64,000 nt of DNA, from NCBI GenBank assembly GCA_963767925.1, contig CAVYGB010000002.1:576001-640000 (forward strand), written 5' to 3'. The notes beneath the pieces are model-generated. The model was not told the DNA's origin and searched no databases. It saw only the letters and a program-made list of their open reading frames with translations. This document shows positions 13,855 through 23,107 of this stretch, one piece after another. Origin of the DNA: an uncultured delta proteobacterium (GTDB lineage: Bacteria > Myxococcota_A > Polyangia > Fen-1088). Numbering within the stretch: position 1 is the stretch's first letter; each line of letters starts with the position of its first letter. The position numbers and the translations under genes are program-made.

Positions 13855-13938
13855 GCTTCCGGCTATCACGCCGGCGGGGCCTCCGGGCAAGAAATTTTCA
13901 CGGATCGCGGCCCGCCCAACACGTTGACACTCTTTTTT

Positions 13939-15470
13939 GGCTCTCCGACAGAATCAGTGGGTGATCTGAGACCTCCTGGAGGCCGGTCGCGCCCGCCGCT
14001 CGCTGGATGATACGAGCGTGCGCGGGCGGGTAAAGGGTTCGCGCGGCGGCCGCGCCGGCGCAGCGCCGCCCTTGACCCACCCTGTGCGCGCTCTGCGATT
14101 GGCTGAGATGCGGCGGGCGGGGACGGACTGGGCGGCGACGGGCGAGGGAGAAAGTGGGTCCAACGCTTCCCGGGGCGGGTATCGTCCCGGTTTGCATGAA
14201 CCCGAAGGACCCGAGGTGCAAGTTAAGACGATCTTGAACCGATGTCACCGGTTCAAGTGCTTCGTGTACGGCGTCTGCTACTTGGGCGACGACGGCTCGA
14301 TAAACGTGGCGGTTCGTCCCCGCAAGGGGTCGGCGGCGGTGTGCTCAGGGTGCCAGCGGCCGGGCCGGTCTACGACACGAGCCGAGCACCGCGCGGCTTT
14401 GCCTTCGTGCCGCTGTGGGGCTTCGCCGTGTGGCTGTGGTACTGCATGCCGGGTCGACTGCGCCGAATGCGGCGTCACAGTCGAGGAGGTTCCGTGGGCT
14501 GATGGCAAGAACCCGACCTGCAACGCTTACCGCTTGTTTCTGGCCCGCTGGGCGCGACGACTACCCTGGAGCCAGGTCGCCCAGATCTTCAACAGCAGCT
14601 GGGGCGTGGTGTATCGAGCCATCCGGTGGGTGGTGGACTACGGCCTGGCCCACCGAGATTCCGACAGCGTCGAGGCCATCGGCGTCGACGAGATCGCCGT
14701 GTGGAAGGGTCACAAGTACCTCACCGTCGTGTACCAGATCGACCAGGGCGTTCGCCGGCTGCTTTGGGTCGGCAATGAGCGCACAGTCGAGAGCTTCCGT
14801 GGTTTCTTCGCGATGTTCGGCCAGACCCGCACCCTGGCCCTTCGCTTCGGTGCCAGCGAAATGTGGAAGCCCAACCTCGATGTCATCGCCGAGTTGGCTA
14901 GCCAGACCGTACACGTCCTGGACAGGTTTCACATCGTCGCCAACATGAACAAAGCCGTCGACGAGGTCCGCGCCGGGGAAGCCCGTGAGCTGGTGCGCCA
15001 AGGCTACGAGCCCATCCTCAAGCATTCGAGGTGGTGCTTTCTCAAGCGCCTTGGAGAACCTCAACGACGCCCAGCGGGCCAAGCTCGCCGACGTCCTCAA
15101 GTACGACCTAAGGTCGGTGCGTGCCTACCTGCTCAAGGAGAGCCTGCAGGCCTTCTGGAGATACACCACGGCCGGCGCGGCGGGCTGGTTCCTCGACAAG
15201 TGGTGCACCCGTGCGCTGCGCTCGCGCCTGGAGCCCATCAAGAAGGTCGCGCGTTCTCCGCGGGGCCACCGCGAGCTCATCCTCAACTGGTTCCGAGCGA
15301 AAAAGGAGATCTCCGCCGCCGCCGTCGAGGGTCTGAACGCCAACGTCAAACTCGCACTCAGAAAAGCTCGAGGCTTCCGCACCTTCCAGGTCCTCGAAAC
15401 CGCCCTCTATCACGAGCTCGGCCGGCTATCCGAGCTCCCAGAGATCACCCATAGATTCTGTTGAGGGGGC
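13939..15470 (+). mobile_element. ISL3-family insertion sequence (degenerate)
   Basis: Left IR ggctctccgacagaatcagtgggtgatct versus right IR reverse complement gccccctcaacagaatctatgggtgatct (22/29 match). T-tract on both flanks. Confidence 0.85.
14216..15464 (+). pseudogene. ISL3-family transposase with several frameshifts
   Basis: Zn-finger CSGC...CAEC, IGVDEI, LDRFHIV, and EGLNANVKLALRKARGFR in a second frame after ~15050. Confidence 0.9.
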
Positions 15471-15486
15471 TTTTTTTCAGGTTGCA

Positions 15487-17124
15487 ATGATTCCTCATTT
15501 GATGCTTCTACGCTCTCAGGCGTCCCGGACCTGGTTTCTTGGGCTGATGCTGGCCCATCTGGGCCTGATCTGGGCACTTCCCGTCCTGCCCGCTCAGGAC
15601 CTCCCGCAACATCTCACCTACGCAACCATCCTGCGCGACTACCAGCGCCCGGATAACTTGTTCCGGGAGTTTTACCAGCCCGATGGCGCCAACCAGAGCT
15701 ACTACACCACCTATCGTCTGCTGGTCGGCGCTGCCCGCTTCATAGCGGTCGAGGCCAGCGCGCGCCTGCTCTTTTCCGCCTACGTCATCGCCCTTTTCAT
15801 GTCCTTTCGCGCCCTGGTGCGCACCTGCGTCCCGCCGGGCGGGCCGGCGGCCCAGGCTACTCCGCTGCTCGCATCGCTGCTGGTATGGAATCCGGTCTCA
15901 TGCATGGGGTTTCTGGCCTTCCAGCTGGCGATTCCCGCGCTGCTGAGCGGCGTGGTCGCCTTCGTGCGCCTGGCCGAACGGGAGCAGGAAGTGTCCGTCC
16001 GAAACGCCTGGCCGCTGCTGGCCGCGACGGCCGTGATCGGTTCGTTGCATGTGGTGGCCAGCTGGCTTCTGCTGCTGTTCGCGGGCCTCTATACGGCCCT
16101 CAGCCCGCATCGGCGTCGTCTGCACGCTTTCCTGGTCTTGACCGGCGCAGTGGTCAACGTCACCGCCATCTGGGGCGCCCTCGGTGATGCGCAGATCGCT
16201 GGGCAGCAGGCGCTGGACCTCGCCTCACACGTGAAAAGCGCCTTCGCCTTCGAGTTCATAACCGAGGCTTTCCGCCTGACCTGGCGCGATCCCATCGCCA
16301 AGCTCGGCTACCTGCTCTGGAACGTATTAGGTCCTTTCCGCATCACCGGTCAGGTTCTTGTCGCAGGCGTGCTGCTGGCCGCCTACCTCATGCTGCGGCG
16401 TCCTCCCCGAGAAGCACCGACCGGCCCAACCGGCCTGCGCCGGGCTTTCACCCGTGCGACGCTGGCCCTGCTCGCTCTCAGCTGGCTGATTCCCTGGGGA
16501 ATCCACTTTCCATCCGAAGTGACCTTCCTGGACTTCCGGGTGATGGCGGTGGCCATCATCTTGCTCGCGGCGGTTCCGGATCTCCGCTGGCCGACGCCAA
16601 CCCGGGCGACGGCCCTGGTCGGAATCGCCTGCGCCATCTTGACCGTCCATTTCGGTGTGCGGGCGTTTGCGTTCGGCACCGAGGCCAGGAGTGCGCTCAC
16701 GCTGCTGGAGTCCGCCAGACCAGCTGGGGTGATGATGGGCCTGACGTTTTTTAACCGAAGCGACCACTTCGGCAAGCAGTTCCGGCAGTCTCACTTTCTG
16801 CCCCTCTACTACACGGTTCGCCACGGCGGGATCTCCACCCAGTTCTGGGCCCGCTATACCGACCACCTTCCAGTGGCCTATCGCCCAGGCAAGCGACCCT
16901 CCGCTCCACCGGACTGGCACCCCGGGGAGCTCCGGCCGGCTCATCTCGAGGGCCCGCTCGACTACGTGCTGCTTCAGCGAGCCACCCAGGACAACAGCAC
17001 CCGCGAGCAGCAGACTTCCGGGACCGTCGAGGCGATGCTGAAGACGCGGGCCGATCTGGTTAGCTGCGAAGGAATCTGGTGTCTCTATCGCACGCGTCGG
17101 GGTGGCGTGCCTAAGACACCCTGA
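15487..17124 (+). CDS. polytopic membrane protein, GT-C-like
   Basis: First-loop motif PAQDLPQHL, ~12 hydrophobic segments, soluble C-terminal domain. The true start may be ATG 15502. Confidence 0.7.
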   Translation: MIPHLMLLRSQASRTWFLGLMLAHLGLIWALPVLPAQDLPQHLTYATILRDYQRPDNLFREFYQPDGANQSYYTTYRLLVGAARFIAVEASARLLFSAYVIALFMSFRALVRTCVPPGGPAAQATPLLASLLVWNPVSCMGFLAFQLAIPALLSGVVAFVRLAEREQEVSVRNAWPLLAATAVIGSLHVVASWLLLLFAGLYTALSPHRRRLHAFLVLTGAVVNVTAIWGALGDAQIAGQQALDLASHVKSAFAFEFITEAFRLTWRDPIAKLGYLLWNVLGPFRITGQVLVAGVLLAAYLMLRRPPREAPTGPTGLRRAFTRATLALLALSWLIPWGIHFPSEVTFLDFRVMAVAIILLAAVPDLRWPTPTRATALVGIACAILTVHFGVRAFAFGTEARSALTLLESARPAGVMMGLTFFNRSDHFGKQFRQSHFLPLYYTVRHGGISTQFWARYTDHLPVAYRPGKRPSAPPDWHPGELRPAHLEGPLDYVLLQRATQDNSTREQQTSGTVEAMLKTRADLVSCEGIWCLYRTRRGGVPKTP

Positions 17125-18674
17125 GGCGCCGGGCTGGCGCTTGACCTCGTCCACCAGGCGTGGACCCACCTGACCCCGAGATAGGCGGCGAGCAACAAGG
17201 ACGGCAGGAAAACCACCGGGGTCCGCAGCGTCGAGTACTTCAAAGGATAGATGGCCAGCGCCAGACATGAGAACAGCACCGCCAGCTGGGTGGTGGCCCG
17301 TCGGCTGGCTATGGCGGAAAGGCACACGAACCAGGTGACGTACCAGGGCCAGAACCAGACCGCCAGCAGGCACACGGAGAACATGACCCAGGCGGCGGCA
17401 AGAACCGCCGTGGTCATCGTGGTCACCGAGATCGCTCCCAGGGCGATCGCCGCCAGCGAACCGGTGTTGGCCGCGGCGCGGGCGACCTCTCTGGTCCGGG
17501 AGCCATCCGGTCCCGCCATCATACGGCCGGCCGCGGGGGTCGCCTGACGCTTCTGCAACTCGAGGATGAGCGCCCCCACCGAGTTGGCGAGAAGCTTTTG
17601 CGGCGGGGACCCGGTCAGGACGGCGATGGTCCGCGAACCCTCCCAGAAGCGGCCGTAGAGAACGACGGTGGTGCAGGCGACGATGACCCCGATGCCGGCC
17701 AGCCGTATCCACCGCCGCCAGTCCGGTGGCGCCTCGCGTACCGCCACGATCACGTAGAAGAGTAGCGCCACCAGCGCGGTCCACTTGGTGAGCACCGCCA
17801 GCGTGAACATGACGACCGCCGTCTTCCAGCGTTGCTGATACCCCAGCCAGATTCCGACCAGCATGAGAAACAACATCATCACGTCGTTGTGGCCGTGTCC
17901 GACGAACTCGATCAACAACAGTGGGTTCAACAGATAGAGGAGCGTGCTGAAGGCCTGTCGGTCTGGCGCCACCCGTCCCACGATTTTCCAGATCAGGCCC
18001 GCGCTGCCACCGTGCAGGGCGGCCGCCACCAGCTTGAACAGCAGGACGTAGGTGATGATGGTGCCGCCCAGCCGCTCGGCCAGCCAGGTGACCCCCATTC
18101 CCAGATAGAGCCAGGCGGGCCCGTAGACGCTCGGCTCTCGCTTCCAGTGAACCCACTGCAGGAAGGGATCGGAGACGTACCGCACCGGAGACTCGAGCAG
18201 CGAATTCCCCCCGTGCACCAGGTCGATCCGCCCGTACATGATGTAGCTGTGGATGTCCCCGGAGAGCAGATTGGGCAGGGCGAGCAGGGGCGCGCTGGCC
18301 AGCCCCAGCATCCAGACGGCCGGGCGCAGCCGCCGCCGGGCCACATCGGACGAGCGCGAGCCCAGCAAGAGCCCCACGTATCCCAGCACGATGAGGGCCA
18401 GGGCTCCCGCCTGCCAGAGCTGAGCGCTGGTCACAGCGACGCCGGGGGCAGCCTGGAGCAGTTCCCGGGTCGTCGCCTCCGTGCCCTGCCGCCACGCCGG
18501 GTACTGGAAGAAGCTGTCCCAGATATGGCCGGGAGCCCAGGCCAGGCTCCTCAGCCGCATCACCAGGAACAGACCGAGATGACCGGCCAAAAAGCCGACC
18601 CCCGACACGAGGAAGCCGGACGGACGCGAGAGCCAGCGATCCGCCCGGGCCCGCGCTCGGCGAAGACGGTTCAC
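17085..18674 (-). CDS. GT-C glycosyltransferase, MptA/MptB-like (polyprenol-phosphate-sugar dependent)
   Basis: Motifs LLSGDIHSYIMYGRI, SVYGPAW, NPLLLIEFVGHGHNDVMM, LAVLTK and FWPWY. GTG start overlaps the DsbA stop (TAGTG). Confidence 0.85.
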   Translation of the reverse strand: MNRLRRARARADRWLSRPSGFLVSGVGFLAGHLGLFLVMRLRSLAWAPGHIWDSFFQYPAWRQGTEATTRELLQAAPGVAVTSAQLWQAGALALIVLGYVGLLLGSRSSDVARRRLRPAVWMLGLASAPLLALPNLLSGDIHSYIMYGRIDLVHGGNSLLESPVRYVSDPFLQWVHWKREPSVYGPAWLYLGMGVTWLAERLGGTIITYVLLFKLVAAALHGGSAGLIWKIVGRVAPDRQAFSTLLYLLNPLLLIEFVGHGHNDVMMLFLMLVGIWLGYQQRWKTAVVMFTLAVLTKWTALVALLFYVIVAVREAPPDWRRWIRLAGIGVIVACTTVVLYGRFWEGSRTIAVLTGSPPQKLLANSVGALILELQKRQATPAAGRMMAGPDGSRTREVARAAANTGSLAAIALGAISVTTMTTAVLAAAWVMFSVCLLAVWFWPWYVTWFVCLSAIASRRATTQLAVLFSCLALAIYPLKYSTLRTPVVFLPSLLLAAYLGVRWVHAWWTRSSASPAPQGVLGTPPRRVR

Positions 18675-20005
18675 TAGTTCTGCGCCTTGCGACTGGCGCC
18701 TTCTGCCTCGGGGGCTTCCGTCGCGACCTTGTTCGCCCCGCCGCCGGCCCTGGCCAGAGCCTTCTCCACCAGCATCCGGAGGGCCCAATACGGCGCCGGG
18801 CCTTCTACCCGGCTCCCGTTGATGAAGATCGTCGGCGTCGTCGTCACTCCCAACGCGCGGGCCTGCCCGACATCGGTCAGGACCCGGCTGCGCGCCTGCA
18901 CGTCGGGGCCGCCCGAGGCAGGCAGAGCCAATCCGAGGGCTTCGGCATGGCGTTCGATATCGACGGGCGACTGCGAGATCTGATTGAGGAACAGGTGGTC
19001 GTGCATCTGCCAGAACTTGCCCTGACTCCTCGCTCGCTCGGCCACCTCCGCGGTGCGAAGTGCATCCTGGTCGGTTTCCCCGGGAAAATGCTTGTAAGTG
19101 AGGCGGACGCTGGATCCGTAGGCATCGATGATCCGCTTCAGAGTCCCCGCCATGCGCGCCGATTCACCCGACCTGAAGTCGGCAAACTCCACGATGGTCA
19201 CCAGAGGACGTTCCGCACCCGTCCAGGGACTGTCCCCGGTATCGACCGGAACCGGGCTCTTCATCCGATCCTCCAGCCGGGCCTGTACCCGGGCCAGCTC
19301 ATGGGACAGCAAGGGATCGGGGGGGACCAGCACACGGTACAGGTCGTCCGGATAGCTCGCGCCGGGATGATGACGCTGCACCCGCAGCAGTTCTTCCTCC
19401 ACGACCTTCGACAGCTCTTCGAAGGGGATGGTTCCCGCGACCCGGCGGCCATTCACGAAGAACATGGGAACCTCGTTGAGGGCCAGGCGTCCGCCCCATT
19501 CGATGTCGTCCTCCAACCGCGCCCAGGTCGCATTCGATTGCAGGTCAGCGAAGAACCTGCCCGTATCCATCCCCAGCACGGTGGCCGCCCCGACAATCAC
19601 CTCGCGGCTGGCATCATTCCCCGCGCTGAGCAGCTTCTCATAGAGCTGCAATCCCTGACCCTGACCGCCAGCCGCAATGGCCGCATGGGCCACCAGGCGC
19701 GAGGACTTGTGTCCAGGGAACGGGAAGTGTCGGAGCGACACCCGCACGTCCCTGGGCTTTGCGGCGACCAGGCGTTTCGCGCCGTCGAAGGCCTTCTGGC
19801 AGGGCGGACAATCGCTGTCGCTGTAGAGGATCAAGGTGACCGGCGCGTTCGAAGGGCCAGCGTTGATGTCGGCGATCGGGACGTGGACGCGGGCGATGGC
19901 CACTTCTGACCCGGCGCCGGTGCGCAAGAGCTTGATGAGCCCGTACCCGGCGAAGATCGAGGCCAGGACCGCAGCTGAAGTTGCAATCACATTTTTCATC
20001 ATCAT
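18674..20005 (-). CDS. membrane-anchored tandem DsbA/thioredoxin-fold protein
   Basis: Domain 1 has DCPPC, HFPF and VPMFFVNG. Domain 2 has IVEFADFRSGES, KHFP and TPTIFING. N-terminal TM; ATGA overlap with the upstream gene. Confidence 0.9.
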   Translation of the reverse strand: MMMKNVIATSAAVLASIFAGYGLIKLLRTGAGSEVAIARVHVPIADINAGPSNAPVTLILYSDSDCPPCQKAFDGAKRLVAAKPRDVRVSLRHFPFPGHKSSRLVAHAAIAAGGQGQGLQLYEKLLSAGNDASREVIVGAATVLGMDTGRFFADLQSNATWARLEDDIEWGGRLALNEVPMFFVNGRRVAGTIPFEELSKVVEEELLRVQRHHPGASYPDDLYRVLVPPDPLLSHELARVQARLEDRMKSPVPVDTGDSPWTGAERPLVTIVEFADFRSGESARMAGTLKRIIDAYGSSVRLTYKHFPGETDQDALRTAEVAERARSQGKFWQMHDHLFLNQISQSPVDIERHAEALGLALPASGGPDVQARSRVLTDVGQARALGVTTTPTIFINGSRVEGPAPYWALRMLVEKALARAGGGANKVATEAPEAEGASRKAQN

Positions 20006-20961
20006 TTTTCACCAAACAACGCTTTGTCGAATGTCGGTTGTTGCAAGGAAAACAATCTCACCGCACGCCGCACCTCACGCGCAGACAGCAGCAGCAGCGG
20101 CGCTGGCGCATATGCGAACCAGAACAGAAATGGAACTTCGAAGGCCACAATGATGGAGAGGAAAAAGGCCTGGTAGACCACCGTCGCCCAGAGCCGGGTG
20201 CGTCTCCAGGCGATGGCCAAGGGAAGGGTCAGCTCCAGCAAGACGGTTGCCCAGTTGGCAACGACCGCCACCCCGGGCCACCGCAGGAGCCCCAACTCGA
20301 CCAGCCATCCGCGCACGACAAAGCCGGCGGGGTAGTCGGCCAGCTGGTGAAACCCTCCCTGGAGCGGCCAGCCGGCCGTCAGCTTTTCGACTCCCGCGAA
20401 GAACAGCGAGACGAGAACCAGGCCACTCAGCAGCAGGGCTCCAACCTGGTCGGCGGTGGGTCCCGACGCCGCCGGGAGCGAGCGACCGTCGTGGCCGGCG
20501 GGAGGTGAGTCCCCGTCAGTCTTCTTCCGATCGAGCAAGGAACGCAGGGATAGGGCCTGGTCGGTCGTGACGAAGATGAGGACCGGCAAGAGAATCCAGA
20601 TCGTCTCGAGGGCCAGGGTTCCGACGCTCAAGGCATTCATCGAGGCGAAGAAATACAGGCCCACCAGCGAAACTGCGGCGCACAGGCGGGTGCAAAGACC
20701 GAGCGCCCCTCCCAGGCAGGCCAACATGGTCAGGGCCACCAGAGGCATCACCAGCGTCAGGGGCAGCCGGGCGGCGAGGTCATGGAGGGTGGCGTTGTAT
20801 TGACCGATGCGAAAGGCGTCCCGGCCGAAATTCTCGTCGAAGGCGAAAAACGCCGGAAAATAGTGGACGATCACCCCGCTGAAGAAGAACGCCCGGAACA
20901 GGCCCAGCGCCCGCGCGCGAACTTGCCGGTCAGGACTGGTCGATTGTCGAAAGAGATCCAT
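20002..20961 (-). CDS. HTTM-domain membrane protein (SdpB / vitamin K-dependent gamma-carboxylase-like)
   Basis: Motifs LGLFR, LGLCTR, ALSLRSLL, FFAGVEKLTAGW..G and LELTLPLAIAWRRTR. Confidence 0.8.
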   Translation of the reverse strand: MDLFRQSTSPDRQVRARALGLFRAFFFSGVIVHYFPAFFAFDENFGRDAFRIGQYNATLHDLAARLPLTLVMPLVALTMLACLGGALGLCTRLCAAVSLVGLYFFASMNALSVGTLALETIWILLPVLIFVTTDQALSLRSLLDRKKTDGDSPPAGHDGRSLPAASGPTADQVGALLLSGLVLVSLFFAGVEKLTAGWPLQGGFHQLADYPAGFVVRGWLVELGLLRWPGVAVVANWATVLLELTLPLAIAWRRTRLWATVVYQAFFLSIIVAFEVPFLFWFAYAPAPLLLLSAREVRRAVRLFSLQQPTFDKALFGEK

Positions 20962-21391
20962 TCCAGCACCTGAAAAGCTCGCGTCGGTCGCGGTCCTCAC
21001 GCTCCAGATTTCGCCAGGTCAGCTCGAGGTGGGCGCCCTGCAGGTCCGGTCGTCGGCGACACAGCGACTCCAGATAGGGGCGGGCAGCCTTCATCAGGTT
21101 GAGCGCCAGGCGACTCTGGTGAAAACCTGCGGTCCGCGTGTCCACCAACTCCTGGACAGAGCGGAGCTGCGTTTCGTTCGCCGGCCTGAAGCGCGCAAAG
21201 GGCACCAGTTCGTGAAGCCGGGCGAACATCAGGAACCCGATCGAACGGTGAACGAAGGGGAGAGAAGGAAGCCGGTCCTGCCAGGCGGGCGGCAGAAAGG
21301 TGGTCTTCACCGCCATGACCAGGAACAACCCGAACCAGCACGCCGCCGCGATCATGGGCAGCTGAGCTCGAACGGTTCGCAGGGAAGGCAT
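20930..21391 (-). CDS. SdpA/DUF5819-like partner of HTTM protein
   Basis: One N-terminal TM, GFLMFA (WxMFA-like) motif, YLESLCRR...FRC Cys pair; sits directly upstream of the HTTM gene. GGAG precedes ATG 21391 (alternative start 21439). Confidence 0.6.
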   Translation of the reverse strand: MPSLRTVRAQLPMIAAACWFGLFLVMAVKTTFLPPAWQDRLPSLPFVHRSIGFLMFARLHELVPFARFRPANETQLRSVQELVDTRTAGFHQSRLALNLMKAARPYLESLCRRRPDLQGAHLELTWRNLEREDRDRRELFRCWNGSLSTIDQS

Positions 21392-21411
21392 CCAGGTCTC
21401 CGCGGGTTCGA

Positions 21412-22059
21412 TCAACGCGGGTTCAGGCCCGGTAAACATGCGAGGGCGCCCTGGGTCCTGACCCGGACCCGGTCACTGCCCTGGTAGGCGTCCGGGAACT
21501 CATGGTCCGGGGCGGGTTCGGCCGCCCTGAGCGTGGAGGCCCGCAGGGCGAAGCAGTCCAGGGCCTGGGGAGGAAGCGTCAGATTGCCCAGAACGCGCTC
21601 GAGGACGATGTTGGAAAGACTGGCCTTGTATTCGGTGGCATTGATGTCCACCCGGAAGATCAGGTCGACGCTGGCGGCGCTGTCCGGCGGCCAGCAGGGC
21701 TCCAGGCGGTCGACCAGCGCCAGCTCGATTGCGTTGCGTAGAGCCGCCGCTCTCCTCGAAATCTCGTATTTGCTCTCCACGATCATCTCGTCCAGGGGGC
21801 CGAGCTCGACAGCGGTTTCCGACGCCTTCGCCGAGCTGATCACCTCCAGCGCTCCCCGCAACTGATCAGCCGTCGGGCGAGACACCGGTCCTTCGGCGGG
21901 AAGCGGGCGGGAATCCTCGGTCGGGGCGGGGGCGGCCGAAGCCAAGGGAGCCGGCCCGTCCGGGGCGGGATGACCCCTCAGCATGACCAGTCTCGTCAGG
22001 ACAAACGCCGTCGTGAGAGGCAGCGCCGTGATCAGCAGCAGCGAGGCAAGTGGTCGCAT
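21412..22059 (-). CDS. membrane-anchored protein with possible TonB-C/AgmX-like C-terminal domain
   Basis: N-terminal TM, Pro-rich linker, LEPCW...LDCF Cys pair. Starts 10 nt after the upstream stop. Confidence 0.6.
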   Translation of the reverse strand: MRPLASLLLITALPLTTAFVLTRLVMLRGHPAPDGPAPLASAAPAPTEDSRPLPAEGPVSRPTADQLRGALEVISSAKASETAVELGPLDEMIVESKYEISRRAAALRNAIELALVDRLEPCWPPDSAASVDLIFRVDINATEYKASLSNIVLERVLGNLTLPPQALDCFALRASTLRAAEPAPDHEFPDAYQGSDRVRVRTQGALACLPGLNPR

Positions 22060-22069
22060 GGGTCTGGCC

Positions 22070-22747
22070 TCAGATGGGCGGTATGGGTGGAAAATCCGTG
22101 GGGCGGAACGTCTCGCGGCTACGCAGCGTCTCCAGGTCGGTCTGGCGCGCCTTCTGATACCAGGCTCGGTAGTCATCGGGCGCGCGGTGGCTCGCGCTGA
22201 AAACGAGGGTCAGACAGGTGCTGGCCCCACCATTTTGCAGTCTGGAATTCGGCCCGAAGTGCACGGTGTCGGCCAGGGGGACGTAGGCCGCCAGACGGCG
22301 CGCTTTGGTCAAGTAGCTCAGGTCGTCCGCCTCCATGCACAGTCGACAGGTCATCGTGCGGCAGTCGACATCGGACAGCCGCGCGCCGGGCAGGACGGCG
22401 GCAAAGTCCCGGGTCAGGGTCTCCTTCACTGACTGCTCGATGCGCGAGGCCCAGACGTCGTCGCGGCCCTCCTTGTCGTAGAGCTCACCCGGCCGCATCG
22501 ACAGCTTGACCAGCTTGTTCGCGTCGTAGTCGGGGGCGCGATGGTCGAGCGTCAGTGTCTTCTTCGCGGAAACTGGAGGCACGAACTTCGGAACCGTCTT
22601 CGGTCTTTCGCGGGCGGCTATCTCCGCCGCGGGTTTGCCGCTTCCGACGTCACCGCCAGCCCAAGGAGGCCGCGGCGTCAACCACCAGGCCAGGCAGATC
22701 CCCACCAGCGTGCAGGCAGCCGCCAGCACCAACTTGCGTCTGTTCAT
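22070..22747 (-). CDS. membrane-anchored hypothetical protein with CxxxxC motif
   Basis: MNRRKLVLAAACTLVGICLAWW anchor; RDDVWASRIE...VDCRTMTCRL. Confidence 0.75.
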   Translation of the reverse strand: MNRRKLVLAAACTLVGICLAWWLTPRPPWAGGDVGSGKPAAEIAARERPKTVPKFVPPVSAKKTLTLDHRAPDYDANKLVKLSMRPGELYDKEGRDDVWASRIEQSVKETLTRDFAAVLPGARLSDVDCRTMTCRLCMEADDLSYLTKARRLAAYVPLADTVHFGPNSRLQNGGASTCLTLVFSASHRAPDDYRAWYQKARQTDLETLRSRETFRPTDFPPIPPI

Positions 22748-22772
22748 GGTCGTCACCACGTCCGAGGTCGCG

Positions 22773-22809
22773 GCCGTGAGGGCCTCGATGGGGGCCGAGT
22801 CCTCACGGC
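22773..22809 (-). terminator. intergenic stem-loop after peptide gene (attenuator or mRNA stabiliser)
   Basis: Perfect 9-bp stem gccgtgagg/cctcacggc plus inner ctcg/cgag; no U-tract. Confidence 0.55.
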
Positions 22810-22822
22810 GTTGCGAGTTGAA

Positions 22823-23107
22823 TTAGGTTCCTGATCCCTCGTCGCAGCCGGACACTTCCTTGCAGCTGTTGCAGGTCAGAAGATCGAACGGGCCGCAGGG
22901 GTTCGTCTCCATCGTGCAGCTCTTCTGCGTCGATTCCGGACCGTTGCAGTCACAGCCCGCGGTGCAGAACTGGCATCGCTCCCAGGTGCTGCAACCGGCT
23001 TCGGCGGGCGCTCCCACAGCCAGTCCGCCTCTGCTCGTGTCGATCGACGCCACAAAGGCGCCCAGGGCAATCCCGAGGACAGACAGGACCAGAGTCACTT
23101 TTTTCAT
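22823..23107 (-). CDS. secreted Cys-rich peptide (94 aa; predicted 57-aa mature part with 10 Cys)
   Basis: AGGA RBS, MKKVTLVLSVLGIALGAFVA signal, then AEA followed by GCSTWERCQFCTAGCDCNGPESTQKSCTMETNPCGPFDLLTCNSCKEVSGCDEGSGT. Confidence 0.85.
   Translation of the reverse strand: MKKVTLVLSVLGIALGAFVASIDTSRGGLAVGAPAEAGCSTWERCQFCTAGCDCNGPESTQKSCTMETNPCGPFDLLTCNSCKEVSGCDEGSGT

Noticed and set aside
22823..23107. Peptide as ferredoxin, metallothionein or radical-SAM (ranthipeptide) substrate
   Set aside because: It has a Sec-type signal peptide and a DsbA neighbour, and there is no radical SAM, LanM or YcaO gene in the window, so disulfides are more plausible. An exported metal-binding role is not fully excluded.
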